A DNA stretch of 64,000 nucleotides from an uncultured Gemmatimonadales bacterium (GCA_963730185.1 CAVSQW010000013.1:32001-96000), one strand, 5' to 3'. Shown: positions 50,501-59,014, counted from the stretch's first letter. A program made the numbers and translations. The notes: generated by a model from the sequence alone, not told the origin.

Positions 50501-50536
50501 CTTCCTCGACTCGACCGCCGACCTGCTTCGGCGTGA
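47519..50536 (+). CDS. Membrane-bound PAS-PAS sensor histidine kinase
   Basis: Multi-TM N-terminus, extracytoplasmic domain, two PAS domains, H-box 'AHEINNPL', 'NLVQNA', 'DHGPGI', 'GMGLGL'. The 3' end overlaps the response regulator by 98 nt. Confidence 0.88.
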   Translation: MTGPDHESFDRVVPAFVGWTAWILLMVGGAALVSWVVPPIRGLAIGAQSPLYPNEAVGLVGAGLALLALAWKRRGLALAGGMIAALVGGLTLFQFVSGVDLGIDRVLLGGLGPILDGARFPGRMTASSALGLFFAGVSLVALVGARGSGAVAIVAGVFGATVAALGGAVIFGYATGMLAAFQSGGVAGGSPLGALALSALGGSIVAVAWDSDRPVATLPRWFAPAVTIACLTATILIWRALVSRDSEQLNQQLVHEAVAVRQALRIRIDALVKSLGRLAARTGQLTRAEWTTDAERMVRDVAAYRAVVWTDPSGAVRVVPDLTRDGALARQVADLGNPVVDTVVGLRYLDDPRSASLVDQGRQLTVRVAACLDGRCRGRVLGLFDLHRLFAATLDETGRYGCVTVATAGRVLRASPDDHCRNDRQAGQTFMAVGSNSWTVTVRPTEQMLAANGSTLPTVILLLGILVSGLLGASLRLAQRSWDLARRAEQTEVSHALQTATDGVWEWAPPDGPMRRAAMWRALGFGEIPLPTRVAWESLIHPLDQPHVADALRDHLAGRTESLTMEYRIRAADGTWHWIVDRARVVEWHAFREPSRVLGIYADITERHVAAEALRASERRFRAMFDSAFQLQMLLNLDYRLLEVNRTALAFAETRLETVRGRRIWNTPWWQGSLAREARLRKACGRAAAGETVPYQEELSGSAGRRASVECSLQPIRDEQGRVVQILVEARDVSDRERAERALRELATFSTMGRLAARVAHEINNPLAGIQNSFMLIKDAVPDDHPYVRYVGAIEREIDRIASVTRQLYGLYRAERDDAAETAIGIAVSDAVGLLNQVNRRANVRIETDTDGASSVLPLPDALIRQIVFNLVQNAVEASPPGTSVAVRAWTEAGVCWLTVRDHGPGIPADLRERIFTDFYSTKSGLATGGMGLGLSIVRRSVHALGGRIEVLSPPDGGAEIRAQLPFTTERTTDDHDVATRHPGPDSAGRRRSDLPRLDRRPASA

Positions 50537-51188
50537 AGGCTTCGATTGTGAGACGGTCTCCGACGGTCTCCAGGCCATGGACCGCCTCGACGAGGCGTCC
50601 TTCGACCTCCTAATCAGCGATCTCGAGATGCCGGGCAACGAGGACCTCGCCCTGGTCCGTCGCATCGCGGAGCGGGCCGGGGGACTGCCGATCATCATCG
50701 TCACCGCGTATCCGTCGACCCGGTCGGCCATCGCCTCGATCGAGCTGCCGGTCGCCTCCTACCTCGTCAAGCCGGTGGCCTTCACCGAGCTTTTGACCCG
50801 GGTCGAGACCGCCACGGCTCGGTTTCGATCGTTCACCGCCATGCGACAGGTGGAGGACCGGCTCAGCGAATGGCGCCACGAGCTGAAGACGGTCCGGGCC
50901 GGGAGCGATCCGGTCGCGGTCGCCCGGCCCCCGATCGACGCGTTTCTCGCGCTCACCCTCCGCAATGTGATGGGCTCGCTCACCGACCTGGAGCAAATGA
51001 GCCGAGCGCTCTCCGGCCGGCCCGGGTCCGCCCACCCCTGCGAGATGGTCAACTGTCCCCGCGGCCTCCAGCTCCGGGCGGCGATCGAGGAGACGATCCG
51101 GGTGCTCGAGGCCACCAAGGGCGCGTTTCGGTCCCGAACGCTCGCGAACCTCCGGGCCCAGCTGGAGGTGCTGATGGCGACGAACTAG
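50439..51188 (+). CDS. Response regulator (REC + unrecognised helical output domain)
   Basis: 'ILLADDE', 'ISDLEMPG', 'IIVTAYP', 'YLVKP'. Confidence 0.85.
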   Translation: MTTMSPPATRGRILLADDEATFLDSTADLLRREGFDCETVSDGLQAMDRLDEASFDLLISDLEMPGNEDLALVRRIAERAGGLPIIIVTAYPSTRSAIASIELPVASYLVKPVAFTELLTRVETATARFRSFTAMRQVEDRLSEWRHELKTVRAGSDPVAVARPPIDAFLALTLRNVMGSLTDLEQMSRALSGRPGSAHPCEMVNCPRGLQLRAAIEETIRVLEATKGAFRSRTLANLRAQLEVLMATN

Positions 51189-51207
51189 GGCGACGCGTTT
51201 TCGGCGA

Positions 51208-51236
51208 TTGACACTGGGAGACGAACCGGATAGTTT
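51208..51236 (+). promoter_or_regulatory. Sigma70-type promoter TTGACA-N17-TAGTTT
   Basis: Perfect -35 at 51208-51213, 17-nt spacer, TAGTTT at 51231-51236. Confidence 0.6.
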
Positions 51237-51299
51237 GGCCAAACCCGGTGGCGGGATAGCCGGTTCCTTGGACGGGCGGGGTTCGGCCCCGTGAGTCCG

Positions 51300-51337
51300 A
51301 AGGCGCGTCGAGACGAGAGTCGTCTCACGCGCCTTTG
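51300..51337 (+). terminator. Terminator-like hairpin in the leader of the csbD-like gene
   Basis: aaggcgcgt-c-gagacga-gag-tcgtctc-acgcgcctt followed by a short T tract. Confidence 0.5.
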
Positions 51338-51361
51338 TCGTTCAGGGTACGGGAGGTGAGC

Positions 51362-51595
51362 ATGACCACCGTCGACGGATCCAATGCGGGGTCGCCCCGG
51401 CTTCCGGGTGCGTGGAACGACCTCCGGGTCCTGGCTCGCGAACGCTGGCCTCGCCTGACCAGCGACGACCTCGATGCGATCGCGGGCGATCGGGTCCGAC
51501 TCGGGGCGTTGGTTCGACGGCGCTACGGAGTCGACCCGGACGAAGCGGAGCGCCAGCTCGACGGCTTTCTGCAAGGCTGGCTGCCGCCCCGATAG
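51362..51595 (+). CDS. CsbD-like general stress protein
   Basis: GGAGGTG RBS; 'GAW...RERWPRLTSDDLDAIAGDR..L...V.RRYG...EAERQL' CsbD/YjbJ pattern. Confidence 0.75.
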   Translation: MTTVDGSNAGSPRLPGAWNDLRVLARERWPRLTSDDLDAIAGDRVRLGALVRRRYGVDPDEAERQLDGFLQGWLPPR

Positions 51596-51681
51596 TGAAC
51601 GGCCGCCGGCGGCGAGCGACCCAACCGGCCCCCCCTTTCCCGGGCCCCGCGCTCGTCTCCGACCGGCTCGTTCCCCCGCAA

Positions 51682-52581
51682 TCACGGCTCGCTCCGTTCG
51701 ACCCGGCTCCATGGCAGGTCTTCCCAGGCGACGCCCTCCGACTCGGGCGCGCGCTCGATCAGGCCCTCAGCCTCCAGCGCCAGCAGGTGGGCCGCCAGCG
51801 ACTGCGCGGCCGCCGGATGCAGGGCCGGATCCACGTCGGCGTAGATCTCCTCGACCAACGCGCCGATCCGGCGAGGGCCGGCGGCAAGGGCCGCGAGCGC
51901 CTGGCGACTGCGAGCCTCGCGATGGGCGTAGAGCTCCCGCATCCGCGAGTAGGGATCCGGGATCGCGGCCCCGTGCGCCGGATGAGCCACTCGGAGACCG
52001 GTCCGGCCCAGGAGCCGATCCAGCGATCGGAGGTAGGCCCTGAGGTCGCCCTCCGGCGGCGCGATGATCGAGGTCGACCATCCCATGACGTGGTCGCCGG
52101 GAAAGAGGGCTCCCTCCTCCTCGAGCAGGAAGCTCAGGTGATCGGGCGTGTGACCAGGCGTGTGAAGCACCCGGAGATGGGTGTCGCCCAGGGCCAACAC
52201 CTCGTCGTCGCGAAGCAACCGGTCGACTCGGAACGGGGCCTTCGGATCCAGGAATCCCACCGGTGCGCCGAGCCGCTTGGCCAGACGAGGGGCGAGGGTC
52301 CAGTGGTCCTCGTGCCCGTGGCTCGGGACAACCAGGACGACCCGAGCGTCGCCCACCGCTCGGGCCACTTGCTCGACGTGGGCGTCATCGGGTGCCTGAC
52401 CCGGCTCCAGGACGACGACTTGGGCGCCGCCCACGATGAACGTGTTGGTGCCGGGCCCGGTGAAGGGCCCGGGGTTGGATTGGGTGAGGCGCCGCACCCG
52501 GGGTGAGAGTCGGATCACTCGGTCGTACCCGATCGGTGCGTCGGAGCCGGTCGGGTCCGTCGGCGTCGGGTCGGAGCTCAC
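51682..52581 (-). CDS. MBL-fold metallo-hydrolase with C-terminal winged helix
   Basis: 'NPGPFTGPGTNT', 'SHGHEDH', 'TPGHTPDH', 'GDHVMG', 'PAHG'. Confidence 0.88.
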   Translation of the reverse strand: MSSDPTPTDPTGSDAPIGYDRVIRLSPRVRRLTQSNPGPFTGPGTNTFIVGGAQVVVLEPGQAPDDAHVEQVARAVGDARVVLVVPSHGHEDHWTLAPRLAKRLGAPVGFLDPKAPFRVDRLLRDDEVLALGDTHLRVLHTPGHTPDHLSFLLEEEGALFPGDHVMGWSTSIIAPPEGDLRAYLRSLDRLLGRTGLRVAHPAHGAAIPDPYSRMRELYAHREARSRQALAALAAGPRRIGALVEEIYADVDPALHPAAAQSLAAHLLALEAEGLIERAPESEGVAWEDLPWSRVERSEP

Positions 52582-53429
52582 GGCTCGAACGATCGCTCGA
52601 AGACGTCCGGATCGGCGCCGCTGATGTCCGGCGCCCCCTGCTCGTACCCGTCGTCGCCCGGCAGGACCACCCGATCTCGGTAAATCCTGGGCTGGTTGAC
52701 CCGGAGCGGTAGCGGTTGGCGGCGGGCCCACGCCATCGCCGCGTCGACCGACCCGTGCCGGCCCAGCTCCTTCAGGTTCATCAGGGTGGGGAAGATCACC
52801 ATCCACTCGTGCCGGAGCGCCCGGGCGATGGCCTCGCCGGGGGCGACCCAGGCCGATCCGGTCAGTTCGTGCCGGTCGTGAGCCGCCACCTGCCCCTCAG
52901 GCGCCCGGGCGAGAAAGAAGCGGGTATCGAACCGCCGAGGCTCGCCGAGCGGCGTGATCCAGTGGGACCAGTATTCGAGCCGGTCGACCGCCAACTGGAG
53001 CGATTCGCCGCGGGCGATCTCCGCGATCGTCGTCTCGCCGGCGTTGAGCCGGTGACGGAGGCCCTCGAAGTGCTCGGCCCGGGCCGGATCGGCCAGATCC
53101 AACAGGGCTCCGGTCCGGTCGTAGGCGAGGAGCACGCCGACCTCCTCGAAGCTCTCCCGGATCGCGGCGACGTAGTGGGCCAGGCCGCCCGTGGCCAGCC
53201 CGAGGCGGCGGCTGGCCTCGGTTTCGTCCAGACCGGCGAGCAGGGCGGCCTCCACCGCGTCCTCCGGATCGACGCGGCCGCCCGGAAAGACGTACGCCCC
53301 GCCGACAAACGCGGACTTCACGTGGCGCTGGGCCATGAACACGTCGACGCCGGGTTCCCGGGACGGGGTGTCGCGCACCAGGAGGACCGACGAGGCGGGA
53401 TGCGGCTCCATCGCGGCGCCGGCCGTCAC
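52578..53429 (-). CDS. NUDIX hydrolase
   Basis: 'FVGGAYVFPGGRVD', 'AAIRESFEEVG', 'HWITP...RRFDTRFF'. Confidence 0.88.
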   Translation of the reverse strand: MTAGAAMEPHPASSVLLVRDTPSREPGVDVFMAQRHVKSAFVGGAYVFPGGRVDPEDAVEAALLAGLDETEASRRLGLATGGLAHYVAAIRESFEEVGVLLAYDRTGALLDLADPARAEHFEGLRHRLNAGETTIAEIARGESLQLAVDRLEYWSHWITPLGEPRRFDTRFFLARAPEGQVAAHDRHELTGSAWVAPGEAIARALRHEWMVIFPTLMNLKELGRHGSVDAAMAWARRQPLPLRVNQPRIYRDRVVLPGDDGYEQGAPDISGADPDVFERSFEP

Positions 53430-55117
53430 CGGTTCACCAGGCGCCACGACGGGAGCGTCGCCAGCCAGGAGAAGGGGTCGATGGTCAGGCCCGCGATCCT
53501 CCGGGCCGCGATCGCGGTATTGGTCGGGGTGTAGAGAAAGAGTGCCGGCGCGTCGGCGTTGAGCGAGTCCATGACGGCGCGCCAGAGATCCTTCGCCCGA
53601 GCCCGGTCCACGGTGCTCGAGGCCAGATCCATGAGCGAATCCACGGTCGGGTTGGTGTACCGCCCGTAGTTTAGGACGCCCCACCCCGATCGGCCCCACT
53701 GATCGGCCAGGCTCTTCGGGCTGGGCTCATCGAGCCAGGCGCCGATCATTACGTCGTAGCGGCCCCGGGTCAGCCGTTCCTGGAACACCGGGAAATCCAC
53801 CGCGGTGATGGTCGCCTCGACGCCGACCCGTCGCCACATCTCCTGAATCCCCTGCGCCAGGTTCCGGCGGGCCGCGCTCGTCGCGGGCACCAGGATGCCG
53901 AGCGAGAGGGCTCGGCCCCGGCGGCGCCTGATCCCGTCACGGCCGGGTGCCCACCCGAGGGAATCCAGCGTCCTCTTCGCGGCGGCGGTGTCATAGGGCA
54001 GGGTATGGATAGCGTCGTCCCAGATCCAGAGCGCCCGCGACATTGGCCCCGGCGGCACCACCGCATCGGGGCCGATCACGGTGTGGATCAGGGCGCTCCG
54101 GTCCACGGCTTCGGTCAGCGCCTGGCGGAGTGCCCGGTTGGCCAGCAGCGGATGGGGCCGGCCGTTGGGGGTCCGGATCATCAGGCCGGCGAAGCCGTAC
54201 ACGGCCGACGGATACGGGACGAGCACCAGCGACGAGTCGCCGGCCACGCGCCGGCGGGTGTCGGGGCCCGGTGCGGCCTCGATCAGGTCGGCTTCGTGAG
54301 AGAGCAGCAGATTGAGCGCGGCGTCCTGGTCACCCGCGAACCGCCAGATCACTCGCCGGATCTCGGAGGGATCGTCCTGGTGGGTCAGGACCCGTTCCAG
54401 GCTCAGCGACTGCCCCGGCGTCCACGAAGTGACCTTGAACGGTCCCGACCCCACCAGCCGGGCGATCGCGGTGTCGACCGCCCAGTCCTTGGTCGCCAGC
54501 GCTTGCCAGACGTGGCGGGGAATGATCCGGACGTTCCAGACCAGATCGTAGAAAGCGTCCGGCCGCGGGTGCCGAAACCGGACCACCACGGCGGAGTCGC
54601 CGTCGATCGCCACGCTGTCGACGTCGGCGAGGGCCAGCCCCGCGGGGGCGCCTAACGTCGAGTCCCGGAACGCCGCGATCGAGAACCGGACGTCGTAGGA
54701 GCTGACCGGCTGACCGTCCTGCCAGTGGGCGCCGGGCCGGAGCGAGAATCGCCAGCTGCTCGAATCGGGCTGGGTCCACGCCACCGCCAGCCCCGGGCGA
54801 TAGGCGCTTGGATCGGACGGCGACCCACCGCTCGGCAGGTCGGCCAGGTGCTCGAAGACGAGATCGCTGATGTCCCGGCCCACCGTCTCGCTTACCAAAG
54901 GCGGCAAGAGCAGCGAGGGCTCACCGGTCGCGGCGATGACGAGGGTGTTGCAACGGGCTCCACAGTCCGGCCCGGTCCGGCATCCGGCGATCAGGGCGAC
55001 GGTGAGCAGGGCGATCGCCAGCAGGCTGGGTGTGGCGTCTAAGCGTAACGATTCGATGCAAGCAAGCTTGAGCCGATACATTTTCAGAAGCAGTCGTGAT
55101 CCCGTAAGATATTTCAT
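53426..55117 (-). CDS. Peptide/nickel ABC transporter substrate-binding lipoprotein (family 5); start uncertain
   Basis: Lipobox IAGC; 'PGLA..W', 'F.LRPGAHWQDGQPV...DV', 'VGSGPF', 'LRQAL..AVDR'. Confidence 0.85.
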   Translation of the reverse strand: MKYLTGSRLLLKMYRLKLACIESLRLDATPSLLAIALLTVALIAGCRTGPDCGARCNTLVIAATGEPSLLLPPLVSETVGRDISDLVFEHLADLPSGGSPSDPSAYRPGLAVAWTQPDSSSWRFSLRPGAHWQDGQPVSSYDVRFSIAAFRDSTLGAPAGLALADVDSVAIDGDSAVVVRFRHPRPDAFYDLVWNVRIIPRHVWQALATKDWAVDTAIARLVGSGPFKVTSWTPGQSLSLERVLTHQDDPSEIRRVIWRFAGDQDAALNLLLSHEADLIEAAPGPDTRRRVAGDSSLVLVPYPSAVYGFAGLMIRTPNGRPHPLLANRALRQALTEAVDRSALIHTVIGPDAVVPPGPMSRALWIWDDAIHTLPYDTAAAKRTLDSLGWAPGRDGIRRRRGRALSLGILVPATSAARRNLAQGIQEMWRRVGVEATITAVDFPVFQERLTRGRYDVMIGAWLDEPSPKSLADQWGRSGWGVLNYGRYTNPTVDSLMDLASSTVDRARAKDLWRAVMDSLNADAPALFLYTPTNTAIAARRIAGLTIDPFSWLATLPSWRLVNR

Positions 55118-55144
55118 GACATTGTCTTACAGGAAATATTCACG

Positions 55145-55160
55145 GGGCACCTCGTTTGCT
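55145..55160 (+). promoter_or_regulatory. Sigma54 -24/-12 promoter
   Basis: gGGCACctcgtTTGCt: GG(55146-47)-N10-GC(55158-59), upstream of an operon that encodes a sigma54 activator. Confidence 0.7.
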
Positions 55161-55241
55161 CAATCAGGTGGACGTCCGGCTAGGCCGATGGGCGGCCGGC
55201 CGAGTTGCAGACATATTTAAGGATGCGGGGGGAGCGTCGCC

Positions 55242-56045
55242 ATGCTGACACGAGTACGAAATGCGGGTTTCGCAGTTGGAACGACCCTGGCGATCGTCGG
55301 TTGTTCGTCCGGTACGGGCCCGGCCGGCGGGCGGCAGATCACTCTCTCGATCGCTGGCACGGCACTCAATGCCTCGGCGGCGCCGGGGGCAGCCGCGGCG
55401 GAGTCGGTGACGGTGGCTGGGCACACATTGGTCCTCGACCAAGTGAGCCTGGTGCTTCGGAAGATCGAGCTCAAGCGGGTGGAGTCGACCGTGTGCATCG
55501 ACGACGACAGCACCTCGTCGGGGCCGGCGGCGAGTGACGGGTCGGGAGAGGGGGAGCACTCCGCCGCCGACGGCTGCGAGGAGATCGCGGTCGGTCCGCT
55601 CCTGGTAGACCTCCCGCTCGGCGGCGGGGTCGAACGAGTGCTCTCGGTGCCGGTCGACTCGGGTACCTTCCGCGGAGTGGAGTTCAAGATCCACCAGCTG
55701 GAGAGCACTCCGGCCGACCAGAACCTCCTGGCCGCCCACCCCGCGCTGATGGGGGTGAGCGTGATGGCGACGGGTACCTTCGACGGGCAGGCGTTCAGCT
55801 TCGCCAGCGACGTGACGGCCAAGCAGGAGTCGCGGCTCGATCCGCCGCTGGTGGTCGCCGACGGGGTCGACGCCAATCTCACCCTCAAGGTGGACGTGGG
55901 GGCATGGTTCACCGTGAACGGCGGGCTGGTGGACCCGGCGCAGGCCGGGTCGGGCCAGCCGCTGGCAAGCGTGGTTCGGGACAACATCCGCCGCTCGTTC
56001 CGGCTCTTCGAGGATCACGATCACGACGGGAAGGATGACCATTGA
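55242..56045 (+). CDS. Lipoprotein of unknown function (beta-sandwich-like)
   Basis: GGGGAG RBS; lipobox IVGC; acidic/His insert between two Cys; C-terminal 'FEDHDHDGKDDH'. Confidence 0.75.
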   Translation: MLTRVRNAGFAVGTTLAIVGCSSGTGPAGGRQITLSIAGTALNASAAPGAAAAESVTVAGHTLVLDQVSLVLRKIELKRVESTVCIDDDSTSSGPAASDGSGEGEHSAADGCEEIAVGPLLVDLPLGGGVERVLSVPVDSGTFRGVEFKIHQLESTPADQNLLAAHPALMGVSVMATGTFDGQAFSFASDVTAKQESRLDPPLVVADGVDANLTLKVDVGAWFTVNGGLVDPAQAGSGQPLASVVRDNIRRSFRLFEDHDHDGKDDH

Positions 56046-56057
56046 TCCGGTGACGGG

Positions 56058-57383
56058 ATGACCGTGCGCGTCGCGGTCGTCTCGCTTTCGCCCAGTTTCG
56101 GCGAGTCGGTCCGGGGCCTCTTGGACGAGGCAGGATTGGATGCCGAGTCAGGCGGCCCCGATTGGGGAGGGTCCCTCCCGGTCGGGGTCGCGGCGTGTCT
56201 GGTGCTGGCGGGCGGTGCGGAGCCGGATGGGCTCGATTGGCTGGAGCGAACCGGCGACACGGCCTGTCCCCGCTACCTGATCGGGGCGGCGGCCGATCAT
56301 CGCCTGGCGGTCGGCGCACTTGCCCGGGGCGCGTCCGACTACTTCGCCTTGCCGGACGACCTCGATCTTCTCCGCCGGACCTTGGACCGGATCGGTCGTG
56401 AGGCGCGCGCCGCGGGGGAGACCGAGCGGTTCGCCCAGGACGAGCGCCGGACCAACGGGTTCGACGCCATCATGGGCCGGAGCCCCGCGCTGCTCAGCAT
56501 CCTGGCCCATGCCCGCCGGGTGGCCGGCATCCGCGACGTTACCGTGCTCCTCGGCGGCGAGACCGGCACCGGCAAGGAGCTGCTGGCCCGTGCGATCCAC
56601 TATCAGTCGCCCCGCGCCCGGGCGCCGTTCGTGGAGATCAATTGCGCCGCGATTCCGGCCAGCCTGATCGAGAGCGAGCTCTTCGGTCACGAGCGTGGGG
56701 CTTTCACGGGGGCGGTGGCCGCCAAACCCGGCCTGTTCGAGCTGGCCGACGGCGGGACCATCTTCCTGGACGAGATCGGGAGTCTGCCGATCGACCTCCA
56801 ACCCAAGCTGCTCCGCGCCCTCGAGACCCGGGAGATTCGCCGGGTCGGCGGCCAGACCACCCGGCGGATCGATATCCGCGTGATCGGGGCGACCCACGTG
56901 GATCTGGCCAACGCCGTGGTGGCCGGCGATTTCCGGGAGGATCTCTACTACCGGCTCAACGTGGTGAACCTGGTTCTTCCCCCGCTCCGCGATCGCGGCG
57001 ACGACGTGGACCTCCTGGCCGAGACGTTCCTCACCAAGGTGGCGAGTCGTTACGGCCTGCCGGTTCCGGTCATCTCCACCCCGATGCGCTCCGAGCTCCG
57101 GGCCCACTCCTGGCCTGGCAACGTGCGCGAGCTCAGGAACGCGATCGAGCGCGCCCTCGTGCTCTCGCCGCCGGGCACGCTGGAGCCGGGCCAGCTCCTG
57201 ACTCGTTCGCCGGTGCGCGACCTGCCCGGCGCGCTCCCCTTTCCGGCCCCGCTGGGCACGATCATCCGGGCCGCCGTGCTGGAGACCCTATCGCGGGTCG
57301 ACGGCAACAAGAGCGAAGCCGCGAGGCGCCTCGGCATCTCGCGACCTCGTCTCCAACGCATTCTCGATGGTGAGGCCGAATGA
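56058..57383 (+). CDS. Sigma54-dependent enhancer-binding protein (pseudo-receiver + AAA+ + Fis HTH)
   Basis: GETGTGKE, 'ESELFGHERGAFTGA', 'FLDEIG', 'FREDLYYRL', 'WPGNVREL', HTH 'GNKSEAARRLGISR'. Confidence 0.93.
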   Translation: MTVRVAVVSLSPSFGESVRGLLDEAGLDAESGGPDWGGSLPVGVAACLVLAGGAEPDGLDWLERTGDTACPRYLIGAAADHRLAVGALARGASDYFALPDDLDLLRRTLDRIGREARAAGETERFAQDERRTNGFDAIMGRSPALLSILAHARRVAGIRDVTVLLGGETGTGKELLARAIHYQSPRARAPFVEINCAAIPASLIESELFGHERGAFTGAVAAKPGLFELADGGTIFLDEIGSLPIDLQPKLLRALETREIRRVGGQTTRRIDIRVIGATHVDLANAVVAGDFREDLYYRLNVVNLVLPPLRDRGDDVDLLAETFLTKVASRYGLPVPVISTPMRSELRAHSWPGNVRELRNAIERALVLSPPGTLEPGQLLTRSPVRDLPGALPFPAPLGTIIRAAVLETLSRVDGNKSEAARRLGISRPRLQRILDGEAE

Positions 57384-58015
57384 CGACCCGATCGACCGTC
57401 CTCCGCCGAATCGCCCGGGGAGCCCTCGCGGCCCTGCTGGTGACCAGCTTGGCCCGCTGCTCCAGCTCCACCGACCCGACCCCGGGCGACTCCCGGCCCG
57501 AGCTGGACCTGAACATCATCCAGCTCCCGGCCAACGCGCCGCCGTTCTACAACACCAGCGCCTCGTTCTACGCCAAGGTCGGGAGCGACGCCTCGGGGTT
57601 CATCTACTTCGAGGACCAGCAGGGCCAGCGGGGCGAGAAGTTCGCGGAGCTCAAGATCCCGGGCGGCGCCCTCGCCGCGCGGCCGGATGGGACGCCGTTC
57701 GCCGCGGGCGATTCGGTGCTGATCACGATGGAAGTGGTCCAGGGTGAGGTGCTGGTGCAGCTCGACCCCTCGGGCCTCACCTTCCGGAGCGGCACCCCCG
57801 CGGAGCTCAAGCTCGATTACGGCGAGGTCGGGGGCGACTACAACCACGACGGCCACGTCGACGGCGCGGATAGCGAGATCGAGCAGAAGCTGGCCATCTG
57901 GCGCCAGGAGAAGGCCGGCGACCCATTCGTCAAGATCGGCACCGTCAAGGTGGAGGATGCCAGCGAGCTCGAAGCCAAGCTGACGTCCTTCAGCCGGTAC
58001 GCGATCGCCTACTGA
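57380..58015 (+). CDS. Lipoprotein of unknown function with a DxDxDG-type loop
   Basis: Lipobox LARC; 'LKIPGGAL', 'PSGLTF', 'DYNHDGHVDGAD'; ends 'FSRYAIAY'. Confidence 0.72.
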   Translation: MTTRSTVLRRIARGALAALLVTSLARCSSSTDPTPGDSRPELDLNIIQLPANAPPFYNTSASFYAKVGSDASGFIYFEDQQGQRGEKFAELKIPGGALAARPDGTPFAAGDSVLITMEVVQGEVLVQLDPSGLTFRSGTPAELKLDYGEVGGDYNHDGHVDGADSEIEQKLAIWRQEKAGDPFVKIGTVKVEDASELEAKLTSFSRYAIAY

Positions 58016-58027
58016 GGCCGCCCAGCC

Positions 58028-59014
58028 GTGATGCTCACGCCCGACGCCGATCCCATCCGCGAGCTCCGAGCCCTGCTCGGCGCGGGCCGGTACCAGGAGA
58101 TCCTGGACCGGTACGTGGCGGACGCCCCGGCGGCCCCGACCGACCCCGGAGTGGCCCTCGGCGTCGCGACTGCGGCCACCCGCCTCGGGCGGTTGGGCGA
58201 CGGCGAGAGCCTGGCCGGTCGGGCCCTGGTCAGCTTCCGCTCCCGGGCGGACGATGACGGCCGGATGCGATGCCTCAACCTGCTGGGGGCGATCGCCTGG
58301 GAGCGGGGCGACCTGCCGGCGGCCGCCCGGCACTGGCAGGGCGCGCTCGAGCTCGCCCGGGTCGACGGCGATACCCTGATGGTCGCGCGAGCGTCGAACA
58401 ACCTGGCCTCGGCGCTCCACCTCGACGGTCGGGTCGGCGAGGCCCGGAGCCTCTATCGCGAGGCGCTGCTGGCGTACCAACGGCTGGCCGATCGCCGGGG
58501 AGCGGCCGAGACGATGCACAATCTGGCCCTGATCGCCCGTCAGGAGGGCGCCCTCCGCGGGGCGGAGGAGGCCGGCGCCGAGGCGGTCCGTCATGCGGAG
58601 CTGGTGGGTGACTCCCTCCTCCTCGCCCTGATGCTGACCGGGCATGCCGAGACCCGGATCGCGACGGGCGACTTCGCCCTGGCGGAGCCCGAGCTGGAGC
58701 GGGCCGAGGCGCTCGCCCGGACGGCCAACGACCCGCTGGGGGTGGCCGAGGTAAGCCGGGTGCGGGCTCTGCGATGGATGGAGCTCCGGCGGCCCGAGCT
58801 GGCGCTCGCGCTGGTGGAGCCGGCCCTGACCGTGGCGGCCGATCTGGGGAGCATGCTGCTGGAAGCGGAGTGCGCGGCGATCGCCTTCCGGGCGCTCCGG
58901 GCCCTGGACCGGCCGGACGAGGCCCGGAATCGCTTCCGACAGGCGGAGAAGCTGTTCCGGTCGCTGGGAGCGAGCCGACTGCTGGCGGAGCTGGAGGCGC
59001 TGGCGGGCCGCTAG
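58028..59014 (+). CDS. Tetratricopeptide repeat protein
   Basis: Repeats 'LNLLGAIAWERGD', 'SNNLASAL', 'MHNLALIA'; all-helical. Confidence 0.82.
   Translation: MMLTPDADPIRELRALLGAGRYQEILDRYVADAPAAPTDPGVALGVATAATRLGRLGDGESLAGRALVSFRSRADDDGRMRCLNLLGAIAWERGDLPAAARHWQGALELARVDGDTLMVARASNNLASALHLDGRVGEARSLYREALLAYQRLADRRGAAETMHNLALIARQEGALRGAEEAGAEAVRHAELVGDSLLLALMLTGHAETRIATGDFALAEPELERAEALARTANDPLGVAEVSRVRALRWMELRRPELALALVEPALTVAADLGSMLLEAECAAIAFRALRALDRPDEARNRFRQAEKLFRSLGASRLLAELEALAGR

Noticed and set aside
50439..50536. Meaningful 98-nt kinase / response-regulator overlap
   Set aside because: The kinase tail past the HATPase domain looks like non-coding read-through. A one-base indel before the ATGA at 50439 would give ordinary stop/start coupling.
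51237..51270. c-di-GMP-I riboswitch in the csbD leader
   Set aside because: Only short similarity (GCCAAAC, GATAGCCGG). The GNRA-capped stem and GCAAA junction are absent.
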